Source of the DNA: a virus
Taxonomy: Duplodnaviria; Caudoviricetes
Direction: 5' to 3' (one strand)
IMG/VR virus record: IMGVR_UViG_3300005611_000027
Span: 1 to 58,509 of that record
DNA: 58,509 nucleotides
The position numbers and the translations under genes are program-made. This document shows positions 8,437 through 19,900 of the stretch, in pieces. How positions within the stretch are numbered: position 1 is the stretch's first letter; each line of letters starts with the position of its first letter. A model generated the notes under the pieces. The model worked only from the letters and a program-made list of their open reading frames with translations, had not been told where the DNA came from and did not search any database.

Positions 8437-10254
8437 ATGACCCTGACGAAGCTCCAGTTTCAGCCGGGTGTGAACACAGAAACCACCGCCTATTCTAACG
8501 AGGGCGGGTGGAACGACTGTGACAAGGTACGATTCCGGTTTGGGTTCCCGGAAAAGATTGGCGGCTGGCAGAAATACAGCAACAATACCATTGTTGGTAC
8601 GCCTCGGTCTCTCCACGCTTGGCGTGCCGCAGATGGCAATGAGCTCATGGGCGTCGGCACCAACAAGAAGTTTTATGTCGAAGAGGGATTTGGGTATAAC
8701 GATATTACGCCCATTCGTTCAACAACAACGAATGCCGCTACCTTCTCCGCCACCGCCAGTTCCTCGACCATAACCGTTACGGATGCGGCACACGGGGCCA
8801 TCGCTGGCGATTACGTTACATTTAGTGACGCCGTGAGCCTTGGCGGCAATGTGACGGCGGAGATCCTTAATCAGGAATACGAGATCCAGACGGTTCCGAA
8901 CGACAACACCTACACGATTACGGTATCGGTAGTTGCGGACGGTTCGGACACCGGAAATGGCGGCGGTGCGGTAGTTGCGGCTTACCAGATTAACGTGGGC
9001 TTGGACACCGTGGTCCCCGGTACAGGTTGGGGTGCAGGAACATGGAGCCGTGGCACGTGGGGCTCGGCAGCTACCACGGTAGCCGGTGGCGGTTCTATCC
9101 GCATCTGGAAGCAGGATAACTTTGGCGAGGATCTCGTCTTCAACATCCGGGACGCGGGTGTTTACTACTGGGATTACACCGGCGGTTTTTCGGCTCGTGC
9201 GGTAACCCTTTCCAGCTTGGGGTCTTCGGCACCGACAGTGGCTCGTCAGGTTCTAGTCTCTGACCGTGACCGTCATGTCGTCGCTTTCGGCTGTAACCCC
9301 GAGGGTAGCTCTGTGCAAGACAAGCTCTTGATCCGCTTTAGCGATCAGGAAAACGCCACAGATTGGGCGGCGACGGCGGAGAATACAGCGGGTGACTTGA
9401 TCGTGGGCAGTGGCACTGAGATCGTTCAGGCTATTGAGACACGCCGTGAGATTGTAATCATCACGGACTCGTCTGTGCATTCGATGCAGTTTATTGGCGC
9501 ACCGTTTACCTTTGGTCTGACCCAGATCAGTGCGGGCACAACGACTATTGGTCCCAATGCCGCGGTTGCGCTTAACGACGCGGTTTTCTGGATGGGCCGC
9601 AACCGGTTCTATCTCTACGATGGTCAGGTTAAGGCGCTGCCGTGTACGGTCCGCGACACGGTGTTCAGAGACTTTAACGATACGCAAGCGGAGAAAGTGT
9701 TTGCCTGCGCCAACACCTCCTTTGGCGAAATCACGTGGTTTTATCCGTCTGCAAGCTCCGAGGACAACGACAAGTACGTCACCTTCAATTACGAACAGAA
9801 CATCTGGTACTTCGGTAATCTGGGCCGTGATTGTTGGTTGGATCGAGGATTGAAAGAGTACCCTGTTGCGGGCTTCAACAACGGTTATCTCTACAACCAC
9901 GAAATAGGTACAGATGACGACGGGTCGGCCTTTACCGCATATATTGAGTCTAGTCCCGTAGACATAGGGGAAGGTGATAAATTCGTATTTGCTCGGCGTT
10001 TGATACCTGACATCAGCTTTGCTAATTCGACCGACATGGCTCTGACGCAGGCGACATTTACCATTAAAACCGAACAGTTCCCCGGTACGGGCTATACAAG
10101 CTCTACGACTACCACAGTGGGGGAATCTGCAACGCAGAACAATATCCGAGCCCGGGGCCGCTCCTTTGGTCTCCGCGTCGAGAGCGATGGGTTGGGTGTA
10201 GCATGGCGGCTGGGATCGCCGCGGCTTGATGTTCGACCGGATGGAGCACGCTAA
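8437..10254 (+). CDS. Tail nozzle / packaged-DNA stabilisation protein (P22 gp10-like)
   Basis: 605 aa beta-rich, IRFSDQEN, FWMG, EITWFYPS; precedes ejection genes. Confidence 0.75.
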   Translation: MTLTKLQFQPGVNTETTAYSNEGGWNDCDKVRFRFGFPEKIGGWQKYSNNTIVGTPRSLHAWRAADGNELMGVGTNKKFYVEEGFGYNDITPIRSTTTNAATFSATASSSTITVTDAAHGAIAGDYVTFSDAVSLGGNVTAEILNQEYEIQTVPNDNTYTITVSVVADGSDTGNGGGAVVAAYQINVGLDTVVPGTGWGAGTWSRGTWGSAATTVAGGGSIRIWKQDNFGEDLVFNIRDAGVYYWDYTGGFSARAVTLSSLGSSAPTVARQVLVSDRDRHVVAFGCNPEGSSVQDKLLIRFSDQENATDWAATAENTAGDLIVGSGTEIVQAIETRREIVIITDSSVHSMQFIGAPFTFGLTQISAGTTTIGPNAAVALNDAVFWMGRNRFYLYDGQVKALPCTVRDTVFRDFNDTQAEKVFACANTSFGEITWFYPSASSEDNDKYVTFNYEQNIWYFGNLGRDCWLDRGLKEYPVAGFNNGYLYNHEIGTDDDGSAFTAYIESSPVDIGEGDKFVFARRLIPDISFANSTDMALTQATFTIKTEQFPGTGYTSSTTTTVGESATQNNIRARGRSFGLRVESDGLGVAWRLGSPRLDVRPDGAR

Positions 10255-10550
10255 TGCCCCGCGGTCTTGTCCCACCTCGCTTTGCAGTCCCGCCGGACAC
10301 GTATAACAGCACATATTTCTCGGATATGGTGCGTTTGTTAACGACGTACATTATCCAAGAGCAGCAGCCGGGCGAGATGCGGGCTACCGTAGGCACGTTT
10401 ACGGCGCTTTCTACGAACGATGTAGGCTTGGAGCCGGGCGCTCTGTTCGAAGTGGATGGTTTTGTTAAGATTTCTAGGCTTTCTAACCCGCATGTGGCGG
10501 GATCCAGCGGCACCGGCGCGGTGGGTTCTGTTGCAGTATTGACCCCATAG
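10254..10550 (+). CDS. Small tail-associated protein
   Basis: Coupled 98-aa ORF after nozzle. Confidence 0.7.
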   Translation: MPRGLVPPRFAVPPDTYNSTYFSDMVRLLTTYIIQEQQPGEMRATVGTFTALSTNDVGLEPGALFEVDGFVKISRLSNPHVAGSSGTGAVGSVAVLTP

Positions 10551-10559
10551 GTGCTCTAA

Positions 10560-10793
10560 ATGTCCGATTCTGATGTAATTGTGATGGGTGACGGCTCTCG
10601 TTGGAGCCCGTCTACGTCTCGCGAGGCGGTAAAATGCGCTTCTTGTGACAACTTAGTGGATACGCCGGAGGAAATTCTCAGCTATCCTAGCGGAAATTGT
10701 CCGTCTTGCGGTAATGCGTGGACTGGCAGCGAAGAAAAAAGTATATTCATACAAGTAACAGTGCCTGAAGCTATGGGCGGCGGAGCAGGATAA
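10560..10793 (+). CDS. Zn-ribbon protein
   Basis: CASC...CPSC. Confidence 0.7.
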   Translation: MSDSDVIVMGDGSRWSPSTSREAVKCASCDNLVDTPEEILSYPSGNCPSCGNAWTGSEEKSIFIQVTVPEAMGGGAG

Positions 10794-12646
10794 TGGCGTT
10801 ACCGGCGGCAAAAGAACTAGAAGAGGTAATCGTCCCCGACGGGGGTATTGCCGATTTCATCATTTCCGATGAGGATTATGATGAGCTTGCCCGTCAGGAG
10901 GCCAGCAAGACCTACGGTGAGTCCGGCGGTATTGCAGAGTTTCAAGAGCAGGCCGCCCGCATGGCCCAGTATGGCCGCGGTGGCGACCAGTTTGTAGCCC
11001 ATCTGGCTCCGGGTGAGATTGTTGTTCCTGCCCCGCTTATCGAGAATAACCCTGAACTGCGCGACTCCATCTTTGGTCATCTGCGCGAGATGGGTATTGA
11101 GAACCCGGAACAGTATGTTGTGGGTGCTTCGGCTAACTCGATTAACCCGGAAACGGGCCTTATGGAGTTTGGCTTTCTTTCCCGTGTTTTTAAGGGCGTC
11201 AAGAAAGCTGTCAAAGGCGTTGGCAAGGTTCTCAAGAAAGCTGCTCCGATTATTCTGCCCATCGTTGGCACGGCGGTTCTTGGCCCGGTTTGGGGCGCGG
11301 CGCTTGGTTCTGGCATTGCCAGCATTATTAACGGCGGTAGTTTGAAAGACGCTGCAATCAGTGCTGCAATCGGCGGCGGTATCGGTGCGGTAACCGCGGG
11401 CTTTGGCGGGCCCGGTTCGTTCGGTCAAAACGTATCGCAGGCTATGGACGCCGGAAGCTACCTTAACACCGTTGGTGCTCGCGTTGGTCAGACGTTCGAC
11501 AAAGGCACGTTCTTTGAGCGTGGGTCGGTGTTTAGTGCTCCGACAGCGGAGCAGCTTGGTGCCGCCGCGCAGCCCAGTGTGGTCGATACGACAGGCGCTG
11601 CCGCGCAGCCCCGTATGGTGGATCAGACCATTGCTGCTGCGGGAACGCCCCAGCCTGTTCAGGTGGCTGACGCTAGCGGGAACCCTTACGTCGATGCAAT
11701 CAAGCGCGGCATGGACAATGTGAGTCCGACCCCGGTGGCAGTTTCCCCGGCAACGGCTCCTAGCGTTACCGGGATGCAGCCGGGCACCTATCAGCCTAAT
11801 ATGGCGGAGATTTTTGGCGGTCAGGGTTCTATCCCCCTTGGTGGGCAGAATTTGGCTAATACGGGCGGCGGCCTTCCCTCAGACCGGTCCTTCTTCCAGC
11901 AAGCCGGTGATTACCTGTTCCGCGGCGGCCAGAGTCCGTTAGAGATCTCTCAAGCGGCAGAAGCCGCCCGGTCGAACGCCGCAGACGCTTACGCACGGAG
12001 CCTTAACTACCCCAACTTTAACTCAGCCCCTCTTTCGGTGCAGGCGGCGGCCCTCAAAGCCGGTGACGCTGCTGCCGCGGCGGCAGGTCCGGGCCTCTTA
12101 GAAACATACGGCCCCACCGCAGCCCTTGCCGGGGTAGGCCTTTTGGCGGGCGGTTTCTTTAACGACCCGGTTCCAACGGAAGAAGAACTTTCTCCTCTTG
12201 GCCTGAAAAGGGGCCCGACCGGCGCAGACCTTCTAGCCGCGGACGTGGCAGCAGGCGGCACGAAGTATACGCTTCCGACCGCGGCCATCACGCCAACTTC
12301 TGCTGCGGTCCAAACCCCGGTCGCCAGCGCTTACGGGCTCCCAGAATCTCCGCAGGTTGCAAGCCTTCAGGAATACCTGCGCCAGCAGCGTGAACGCCTA
12401 CAGAACCCGTTTGGACCGATCCGCGCAGCGGAAGGCGGAGAAGTCTACCCGCGCCGAACTGGCGGCATCATGCCTTATGAAGGCACCCCGAACGAAGACA
12501 GCGTTCGTGCCCTGCTGATGCCGGGCGAATTTGTAATGACCACGAATGCCGTCAAGGGCGCGGGTAACGGTGATCTCAATCGCGGTATCAACAACATGTA
12601 TGGTATCATGCGTGGCCTTGAGCAGCGCGGAAGGGCTATGTCGTAA
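10793..12646 (+). CDS. Internal virion / DNA ejection (pilot) protein
   Basis: AHLAPGEIVVP, SINPETGLMEF, Gly/Ala hydrophobic stretch, DSVRALLMPGEFV. Confidence 0.7.
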   Translation: MALPAAKELEEVIVPDGGIADFIISDEDYDELARQEASKTYGESGGIAEFQEQAARMAQYGRGGDQFVAHLAPGEIVVPAPLIENNPELRDSIFGHLREMGIENPEQYVVGASANSINPETGLMEFGFLSRVFKGVKKAVKGVGKVLKKAAPIILPIVGTAVLGPVWGAALGSGIASIINGGSLKDAAISAAIGGGIGAVTAGFGGPGSFGQNVSQAMDAGSYLNTVGARVGQTFDKGTFFERGSVFSAPTAEQLGAAAQPSVVDTTGAAAQPRMVDQTIAAAGTPQPVQVADASGNPYVDAIKRGMDNVSPTPVAVSPATAPSVTGMQPGTYQPNMAEIFGGQGSIPLGGQNLANTGGGLPSDRSFFQQAGDYLFRGGQSPLEISQAAEAARSNAADAYARSLNYPNFNSAPLSVQAAALKAGDAAAAAAGPGLLETYGPTAALAGVGLLAGGFFNDPVPTEEELSPLGLKRGPTGADLLAADVAAGGTKYTLPTAAITPTSAAVQTPVASAYGLPESPQVASLQEYLRQQRERLQNPFGPIRAAEGGEVYPRRTGGIMPYEGTPNEDSVRALLMPGEFVMTTNAVKGAGNGDLNRGINNMYGIMRGLEQRGRAMS

Positions 12647-13641
12647 TGGCTGAAACACAAGAAATAATTCAACGGGAAGCCCCGGAAATTGAAGCCCTCA
12701 AGCTGGGGCTTCTACAGTCTGCCAAGGATCTGGCAGATCAGCCGATTACCATGCCGACACAGCAGGTGGCGGCTCCTTCCGGTCTTCAGGAGGCCGCTTT
12801 TGGTCTTACCGAAGCTGGCATTGGTGCGTATCGTCCATATCTGGAACAGGCGGGCCTCACGATGGGCGAGGGCTATTCCCCCATCGCAGCCGCACAGCAG
12901 CAGGCCATTGATTACATCCAGCCCGGGGTAGCCACGGGCCAAGGCATGTTGGCCGCGGGCGCTGGTCCGATTACCGGCGAGATGATTCAGGGCTACATGA
13001 ACCCCTATCAGCAGGCGGTTCAGGACGAGATCAACCGGGCCTACAACATTCAGGCATCGCAGGCGGGCCTGCAAGCCGCGGGCGCTGGTGCGTATGGCGG
13101 GGGCCGTGCGGCCATTTCAGAGGCCGAGATCAACCGTAATCGCGCCGCGGCCCTTGCACAGGCGCAGGCGGAGAACTTCCTTCAGGCCCAGCAGGCGGCA
13201 CAGAACCAAATGCTTCGTCAGCAGCAGGCCGGTCAGCAGATCGGGACTCTTGGTTTGCAGGCGGGTCAGCAGGTTGGAACTCTGGGACTTCAGACCGGCG
13301 AGGCGCTTGGAACGCTCGGCCTGCGACAGTCCGCCCTTGGCGAGACGCTCTCCGAGCGTCTTCTGCGCGAGCAGCAGGGCGTTTACGAAATGGGTGCGCG
13401 TCAGCAGGCCCAGCAGCAGGCCGAGCTTGAAGCGCAGCGTCAGAGCGAATTGGCTCAGTTGTACGAACCTTACCAGCGCGTTTCGTTCCTGTCGGACATT
13501 TATAAGGGCGCTCCTTCTACTCAACAAACCATCTCGGCGGCAGCTTCCCCGTCGGTGTCTCCGGCCCAGCAGTACTTGGGTCTTGGCATCGCGGGTCTTA
13601 GCGCGGCGGCGGGTGCCTCTAAATCAGGACTATTCGGATGA
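12646..13641 (+). CDS. Internal virion / ejection protein
   Basis: Q/A-rich helical, YMNPYQQAV, GAYGGGR, hydrophobic C-terminus. Confidence 0.7.
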   Translation: MAETQEIIQREAPEIEALKLGLLQSAKDLADQPITMPTQQVAAPSGLQEAAFGLTEAGIGAYRPYLEQAGLTMGEGYSPIAAAQQQAIDYIQPGVATGQGMLAAGAGPITGEMIQGYMNPYQQAVQDEINRAYNIQASQAGLQAAGAGAYGGGRAAISEAEINRNRAAALAQAQAENFLQAQQAAQNQMLRQQQAGQQIGTLGLQAGQQVGTLGLQTGEALGTLGLRQSALGETLSERLLREQQGVYEMGARQQAQQQAELEAQRQSELAQLYEPYQRVSFLSDIYKGAPSTQQTISAAASPSVSPAQQYLGLGIAGLSAAAGASKSGLFG

Positions 13642-14642
13642 TGAACCGCGGTGTAATGGATCGACAGATGTTTCGTAATGGCGGGGCCGCGTTCCCTGAT
13701 CTGATGGGTCGGGGCGTTATTCCGATGCAGCAGGGTGGTAATGCTGCGATGGAAGCTGGCGTTAGGGCGGCAACAGAAGCTTTTATAATGACCGTTGGCC
13801 GCGCTCCGCGAGACATGGAAGAGCTTCTGAGATTTGCCCAAGGGGCTCAAGGATACAACCCTTCCGGCCTCTCCCCGGATAACCTTCCCAGTCAGTCTGA
13901 CATTGTTCAGCCGCTTCCTTCGTCAGAGTTGGGTCCGATGAGGGGGGAGACGGTATACGGCCCACGGCCCACGGTCCAAGAAGAAGGCGCAGGCCTGCTA
14001 GGGGGTTTTGCCCCGGGCCCGTCTCGAGAAGTTCCGCCTCCCATCAATCCTCAAGATTATTTTCAAAGTCCGCGGGATTCCTATCCGCCTCGCGGCGACA
14101 TGGAAATGGATCCGAGCAATCTTGAGCCGGTAATCCGCCGCCAAGAGGGTGGTCCGGCGATGGTAATGCCTTCTGACATGGGCGCGATGGCTCAGCAGAT
14201 GCCCGCGGCGGCTGCCGCGATGTCGCCGCCAGAGCAAGAAGTTGTGATGGGCGCGATGCAGGCTAGTGGTGGACCAGAAGTTCAGCAGATGATTGCGTCT
14301 GAGGCACAGTCCTACGGCGATCCGGAAACCGCGGAAAACTACGAAGAGATGATGAACATGGTCCGTGGCGATCAGGCCACGGTCGAGGAGCGCCGTTCCG
14401 AGCTTGCCTCGCTGGTGGGCGAGGAAGACGCCATGCAGACGCCGGAGTCGGTTCTGGCTCTTGTCCAGCCCATCGTCCAGCTTTCTCTGGTTGAAGAAGT
14501 TATGGCTCCGGGCGATAATGTTGACGCTGGTGTAGGTGCACTAGCCGCACAGCAGATGACCACTCCGATTCAGGGCGACATGGCAGGCGGCGTTATGACG
14601 CTGGCAGGGGGCCCTGAACCGCAGATGCAAGGAATGGCCTAA
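13638..14642 (+). CDS. Internal virion protein
   Basis: P/M-rich with xxxGG motifs; EERRSELASLVG.EDA.QTPESVL block. Confidence 0.65.
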   Translation: MMNRGVMDRQMFRNGGAAFPDLMGRGVIPMQQGGNAAMEAGVRAATEAFIMTVGRAPRDMEELLRFAQGAQGYNPSGLSPDNLPSQSDIVQPLPSSELGPMRGETVYGPRPTVQEEGAGLLGGFAPGPSREVPPPINPQDYFQSPRDSYPPRGDMEMDPSNLEPVIRRQEGGPAMVMPSDMGAMAQQMPAAAAAMSPPEQEVVMGAMQASGGPEVQQMIASEAQSYGDPETAENYEEMMNMVRGDQATVEERRSELASLVGEEDAMQTPESVLALVQPIVQLSLVEEVMAPGDNVDAGVGALAAQQMTTPIQGDMAGGVMTLAGGPEPQMQGMA

Positions 14643-16919
14643 ATGGCTCTGAAACCTCTCGTTCCGGCAGATTTAGATCCAATCGGGTATGACCGACGCA
14701 TGGAGGCGGGGTTCACTCCCGAGCAGCAGCTTGCTGCTATCAACCCTATTACCTATACGCCCTCACAGGTCAAGGACATAGCGGATCTGGTTGGAACGAA
14801 TGCGTTTGCAGCAGGGCTTGAAACTCAGGTTCCTGATTCAAGTCGCGGGGTGGCCTCTTTACAGGACATGTTTGAACAGAAGCGGGACGTTTACAGGGGT
14901 ATTCTGGGCGATCCCGAGGAACAGCGCAATGCCGCCCAGTCGGCGGCGTTGTTTACGATTGCCAACTTTGGTCTTCAGCTAGCCGGTGCAACTGGCGGTC
15001 GTGTTGGCGCTAGTTTTGGCGAAAGGCTGGCGCAGGCAGCGGAAGCTTCTAAGCTGTTCCCGACGATTTCGGCAATCTCTGCGGAACAGAGGGCAAGCCA
15101 ACAGAAATTTGACGTGGCCGCATTGCAGTCCGCCGAGGCTGAACGAACCGCAGCGCTCAAAGCTCAATCTGAGGCTGGCGCAGCAAGGGCCAAGAGGCAA
15201 TCTGAGGCTGACGCAGCGCGTCTGAAAAGACAGCAGGACTTAGAAGATCAGGAATCTGAACGCGAATTCGAGTTGTTTAAGCTGGGCGCAAAGGTTGAAT
15301 CTTTCAATGCGGCTGACAGCGGGAGCGGCGCACAACTAAGGTACGAAACACGCCAAGTGCTGCGCCCGGATAAAACCGGATTTGATAGTGTCACTAGGGT
15401 AACACGCGACAGTAACGGAAGACCCATAATCACGAACTTGCCCGAGTTTGATACCCGCGAGCAAACACGGGCAGACGGGTCCACCGTCCTTTTGACTAGG
15501 CCCAAAGGCACAAATAAGCCTTTTGAGATGGTTAAAAACATTAACGGCTCGCCAATGGTTTGGAGATTTGCTCCTATCGAGCTCAAGCAAATTCCTGATG
15601 TGAACGGGGGAACTCGCGTTTTAGCGGTTAACAGCGCAACGCAGCAGCCTGTTCCGAACGGGATAAATTACGTAGTTGATCCGGCAAACGAAGTTCGCCA
15701 AATTACGCACAACGGTGCCGAGGTTCTCGTATCTGTTAACTCACGCACGGGCGACGTTGATACGATATTTACCGCTAACCCAGAACAAAAAACCGTTACG
15801 GTTGGTGGCAACGTGGTGGCCTTTGATCGAGACGAAGACGGTAAGTTTGTTAACGGTACTACTATCTATAGCTCTCCGGAATCTCCGGAGCTCCGGTCCG
15901 ACGGTAAGGGTCGTCTGGGCTATGCTTATAAGCCTAGCGAGGAATATCCAGAGGGTCGGTTTATTCCGTTGCACGACACGGGCCCTGATCCGGACGCCCA
16001 AGAGTACGAGTATGCGAACTGGATAGATACGGAACGCGGACAAACTTCATTGTTATACCGAACGGATAAGTCCAAAGATTGGATTGATACCGGAACCGGG
16101 CTTGTTGTTCCCCCAGAAAGGCTTGCTCAACTTGTACAGGTAAACGCGAACACGGCTTATGACTCGGCACTATCTGCAAAAGCCATGCGAGAAGCCAGAG
16201 AGCGCTATCTGCAAACCGTTATGGGCCTATACAAGGATCGATTTATTGATCTGGGTGTTGAGGATCCTGAACGCTTCGTGCGCGAACAGATGGAAGGAAG
16301 GATACAATCGGCGGACGCCCTTGAATTTATGACCGAAAATATGAGAGAGGCAATCGAGATTGCACGAGATATTGGCGAAGGAGACATCACCGCGGGCTTG
16401 TATTCAAACATTGACCTCCGCGAACAAGTTGAAAGAGGTACGGGTCTTGGCAATCGTTTGAAGTCTGCTGTAGCTGCCGCGGGTGCCGCTATATTTGACG
16501 CAAATTGGTGGCGGAGTACCGTTGAAGCGCGGGCCCTTACTCGACAAATCATGCTGGATATGCGGCTTACCCTTGCAAATAGCCCCAAAGTTGCGGAGGG
16601 CGAGCAGTCGCGCCTTAAAGAAGTTCTGCCCGATGTGGAGAAGTGGGTGACCGGGGGCACCATTGAGGCGGATAAATTAAGAGCCGTCAAAACGGCGTTC
16701 CAAGAGGAACTTCTTGCTGTTCGTAAGCGCTTGGCCTCTCCGGGCACAATGGCATCCCCGGATAGCGCCTTTACGAGAACGCTTCAGCAGAGTGAAATGC
16801 GCCTTGAAAATTCCTTGGTTGTGCTAAACAGCATCATTCCGTTCGGAGTAGAACGCAGGGTTCTCCCGTCGGTGCGAGATCGGATCGAGGAAGAAAAATC
16901 AAGGCAGGGCGGGGAGTAA
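14643..16919 (+). CDS. Large internal virion / ejection protein
   Basis: 758-aa ORF in ejection cluster; AAGGA upstream. Confidence 0.65.
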   Translation: MALKPLVPADLDPIGYDRRMEAGFTPEQQLAAINPITYTPSQVKDIADLVGTNAFAAGLETQVPDSSRGVASLQDMFEQKRDVYRGILGDPEEQRNAAQSAALFTIANFGLQLAGATGGRVGASFGERLAQAAEASKLFPTISAISAEQRASQQKFDVAALQSAEAERTAALKAQSEAGAARAKRQSEADAARLKRQQDLEDQESEREFELFKLGAKVESFNAADSGSGAQLRYETRQVLRPDKTGFDSVTRVTRDSNGRPIITNLPEFDTREQTRADGSTVLLTRPKGTNKPFEMVKNINGSPMVWRFAPIELKQIPDVNGGTRVLAVNSATQQPVPNGINYVVDPANEVRQITHNGAEVLVSVNSRTGDVDTIFTANPEQKTVTVGGNVVAFDRDEDGKFVNGTTIYSSPESPELRSDGKGRLGYAYKPSEEYPEGRFIPLHDTGPDPDAQEYEYANWIDTERGQTSLLYRTDKSKDWIDTGTGLVVPPERLAQLVQVNANTAYDSALSAKAMREARERYLQTVMGLYKDRFIDLGVEDPERFVREQMEGRIQSADALEFMTENMREAIEIARDIGEGDITAGLYSNIDLREQVERGTGLGNRLKSAVAAAGAAIFDANWWRSTVEARALTRQIMLDMRLTLANSPKVAEGEQSRLKEVLPDVEKWVTGGTIEADKLRAVKTAFQEELLAVRKRLASPGTMASPDSAFTRTLQQSEMRLENSLVVLNSIIPFGVERRVLPSVRDRIEEEKSRQGGE

Positions 16920-16927
16920 CCACAGTA

Positions 16928-19900
16928 ATGGCTGATTTAGACAAAGACGTTGAAGAAGTTCCTAGCGGTCCTTTGGGCGCGTTGTATTATTCTCCCCCGC
17001 CACCCTCACCGCGACCTCCCTTAAACATACCCACCTTTGAGTATGATAAAGATCTATTTGGAGCGTTACGTTACGCTGAAGAAGAGGGGAAACCAGAGCC
17101 CATCGAGTTAGATGACTCTGGGCATAAGGAACAACTGCTTAACACCGCCGCTGAAATTCTGAGCAGTAATCCTTTTTACAACAAAGGTCCAATAGACCCG
17201 GTCGATTTTTTTACGCTCAAATCTCCTTATATGGCTGATGTCTTTCCCGAGTCTGTGGGGGACAGTCCTTCTGCTCTTTTTTGGAAGCAGTCTTGGGTTA
17301 GAAAAGATTCGGACGAAAAGCGCGAGGAGCTTTTGCAACGGCTCACGAACCTTTCTCCTGTAACATACGGCGATATGGCGAAATCCGCTTTTCGCGGTAT
17401 TTTGAAAGGCGTTCCCGCGGCGGAAGCGGCCCTTTATGGAGGAAGGTTAGCTTTTACGGCGGCCCCTGTTTACCTGCCGGGCCCTTGGGCCGCTTCGCCC
17501 CAAACGGCTCCGCTAGGGTTTCTGTCTAAACCGGTTGCTGGTATGGCCGGAGGACTTTCCGCTGCGGTGGGAACCTCGTTTATTGTGGATCCGGTCGTAA
17601 GTGAATTTATCAAAGACCGCGAAAATTTGCTCCCGGGGGGAGAGGGCAAGCTTGCAGGAGCGGAAACAGCGGGTCTTATGGTTAGCGGCCTGCCTTCGAT
17701 ATTCCGTTATAACCCCAAAGCAGTGGGGCCCGCACGCGTTGCCGCCCTTCTACGTGAATCTTCGGGCGAAGCCGCTTTTCTTCCAACCGTAACACGAGCC
17801 ACAGAGATTGGTAGAAAACCGCCCCGCGCTTTAAGGTTTGCGGCCTTTATTGATGAGATGCTTCCCGCTACAAGGCGTGCTGCTCAACGGAGCCCCGGCG
17901 TCACCGCGGCGGGGGAAGGATCAGCGGCGGTCCTGTCGGGCTATCTGGTAGATCAGCTAGACGCTGAAAATGATCCCGTACTCCGCACGTTTATTGAGCT
18001 AGGCTCACCTCTTGCGCCGAATTACACGTTTGCGCGAGTGTTGCTGGGTACACCCCAAGGCATCAAAAAAGGGGCGAAGTACCTTCCTTCCGCGGTGGGT
18101 TATAAGTTTATTAAAGATTCTGGTAGCTTGGGCGGCGCATATAGAAGAATTGTCGGCGGCTTAAAGGTAGATCCTTCCACAAAAAAACAGGATATCTTAA
18201 AAACTCCTGCGGGAAAGATCGCCGTCCAAGAAATTTTGAAACTTGTGGAGGACATGGGAGAAGATCCCATTGCCGTTGCCACTAGGATGGCGCAAGGGGA
18301 GGATTGGTTGGAAGGGTTGTCGGACGACGCTCTTCGAGTGTTAAACGCAAGAGCCAATCAACTTGCAGGAAACGAAGAAGCCGAAAATTTAGTGAGTGCG
18401 TTGCCTGCGGGGGTTCGAGCTAAGTCTCCCGCCATTATTGCTCTTCAGGGTTATTTTGCTAATGCCGCCCAGAAGCAAAAACTCGGTAGAGAAGCAAAAA
18501 GTAGCAGCGCCAAGGCCGCCGATTTTCAGAGGGGCCTTATTGAACTCTTCCACTCTTCCGGCGATCAAAACTTGATGAATCTGGCCCTAGAGCTTCAGCA
18601 AGACCGTTATGCAAACGCTTTCGTGGATAGATTTGCAGATGTTGTGGATTATGCAATTCGGGCAACAGAGCGTGTCGGCGGCACAGAGTTTGGTGCCAGA
18701 CTTCGGGCGGGCTTTTCCGAGGAAGAGATAAGGGGACTAGATGCGGCGGAAGCTATAGCCAATGCAATGGACCAACAGCTTACCATCGCGAGTAAGATGG
18801 CGAATCGCCTGTACGAAGACGCAAAGGGCGATGTTCCGTCCATTCGTGTTTTCAAAAACGCCGCAGGCGAAGAAATTGACGAGCCCTCCTTCATCACGTT
18901 GTTTGATGAGATCATAGATAACTTAAACCCTGAGACAGCAGAAAGATTTTTTAGGAACGCAGAGCTCCAAGAAGTTCTAAAGACCGTAGATCGCTACCGA
19001 GGCATACTTAGCCTACCCGGTGCGCTTCCGACCACCGGAGCACGAGAAAAGTTTTCCGCAAAACTTTCGTCTTACGAAGACGGAAGCCCAGTTAAAAGAA
19101 CTTTTGAACAGATTTTATCGGGTGACGTGGATTTAGGCGCGGGGTCTCTACCCGGAAGCAAATTTAGCCAGTCGTTTGCAGAGGCCTCCCCCGGCGTAAA
19201 AAAACAGCTAGATCGTGCTTTGCAACAAAAATTCAAAGCGGGCCAGCTTATCCGAAATGTTTCTGTGGAAGAGTTCGATTTTGAAAATCTAGAGCCGACC
19301 GCAGAAAACATCGCTCTTTTAGACGATTTGATTACCCGGACAACAGCGGGCTCTAAGTACAAAAGTACGGATCAAAAAAAGGCGGCCACTGAGGGCGCAC
19401 GGCTGCTAAATCTAAAGCGCACCGAACTTCTGCGCTTGCAGGATTCCGGTCCGGTCTCATTTGAACGAAATGTTGCGGGTCAGTTAACGCCCACCGAAGA
19501 GAACGTGCAGGCGCTTCAACGTGTCGAGGATTTGCTCTCCAGCCAGTCTCCAACCCCCGAGTTACGGGACATCTTGGGCCTTGTAAAGCTTCAGAAAGCG
19601 GCTCTGCGATCTGAGGTCGATGCAGATTTTCCGGATGCTATTGACTACTCCGATATGGATAACTTACGCAAAACCTTGCGCAGTATCAAAGAGAAGTCCA
19701 GAGGAAAAGTTTTTGACCAAGAGCTTTACGGTATTGCGGCGCAGTTAGAAAAAGCGCTTATAGACGACCTAGATAATACTATCGACCCCTCTGTCTCTGA
19801 AAAGTATAACATCGCTCGAACATTCTACCGTGGAATGAACGACGCTTTAACACGAAGCTTCGTGGGCTTACCAACAGCACGCGCTGCTTTCGATCAAGTA

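Noticed and set aside
14640-14645. Stop-codon readthrough or recoding at in-frame TAA-ATG junctions (also 51704, 52955)
   Set aside because: The downstream ORF at 14643 has its own AAGGA, and core genes are intact under the standard code.
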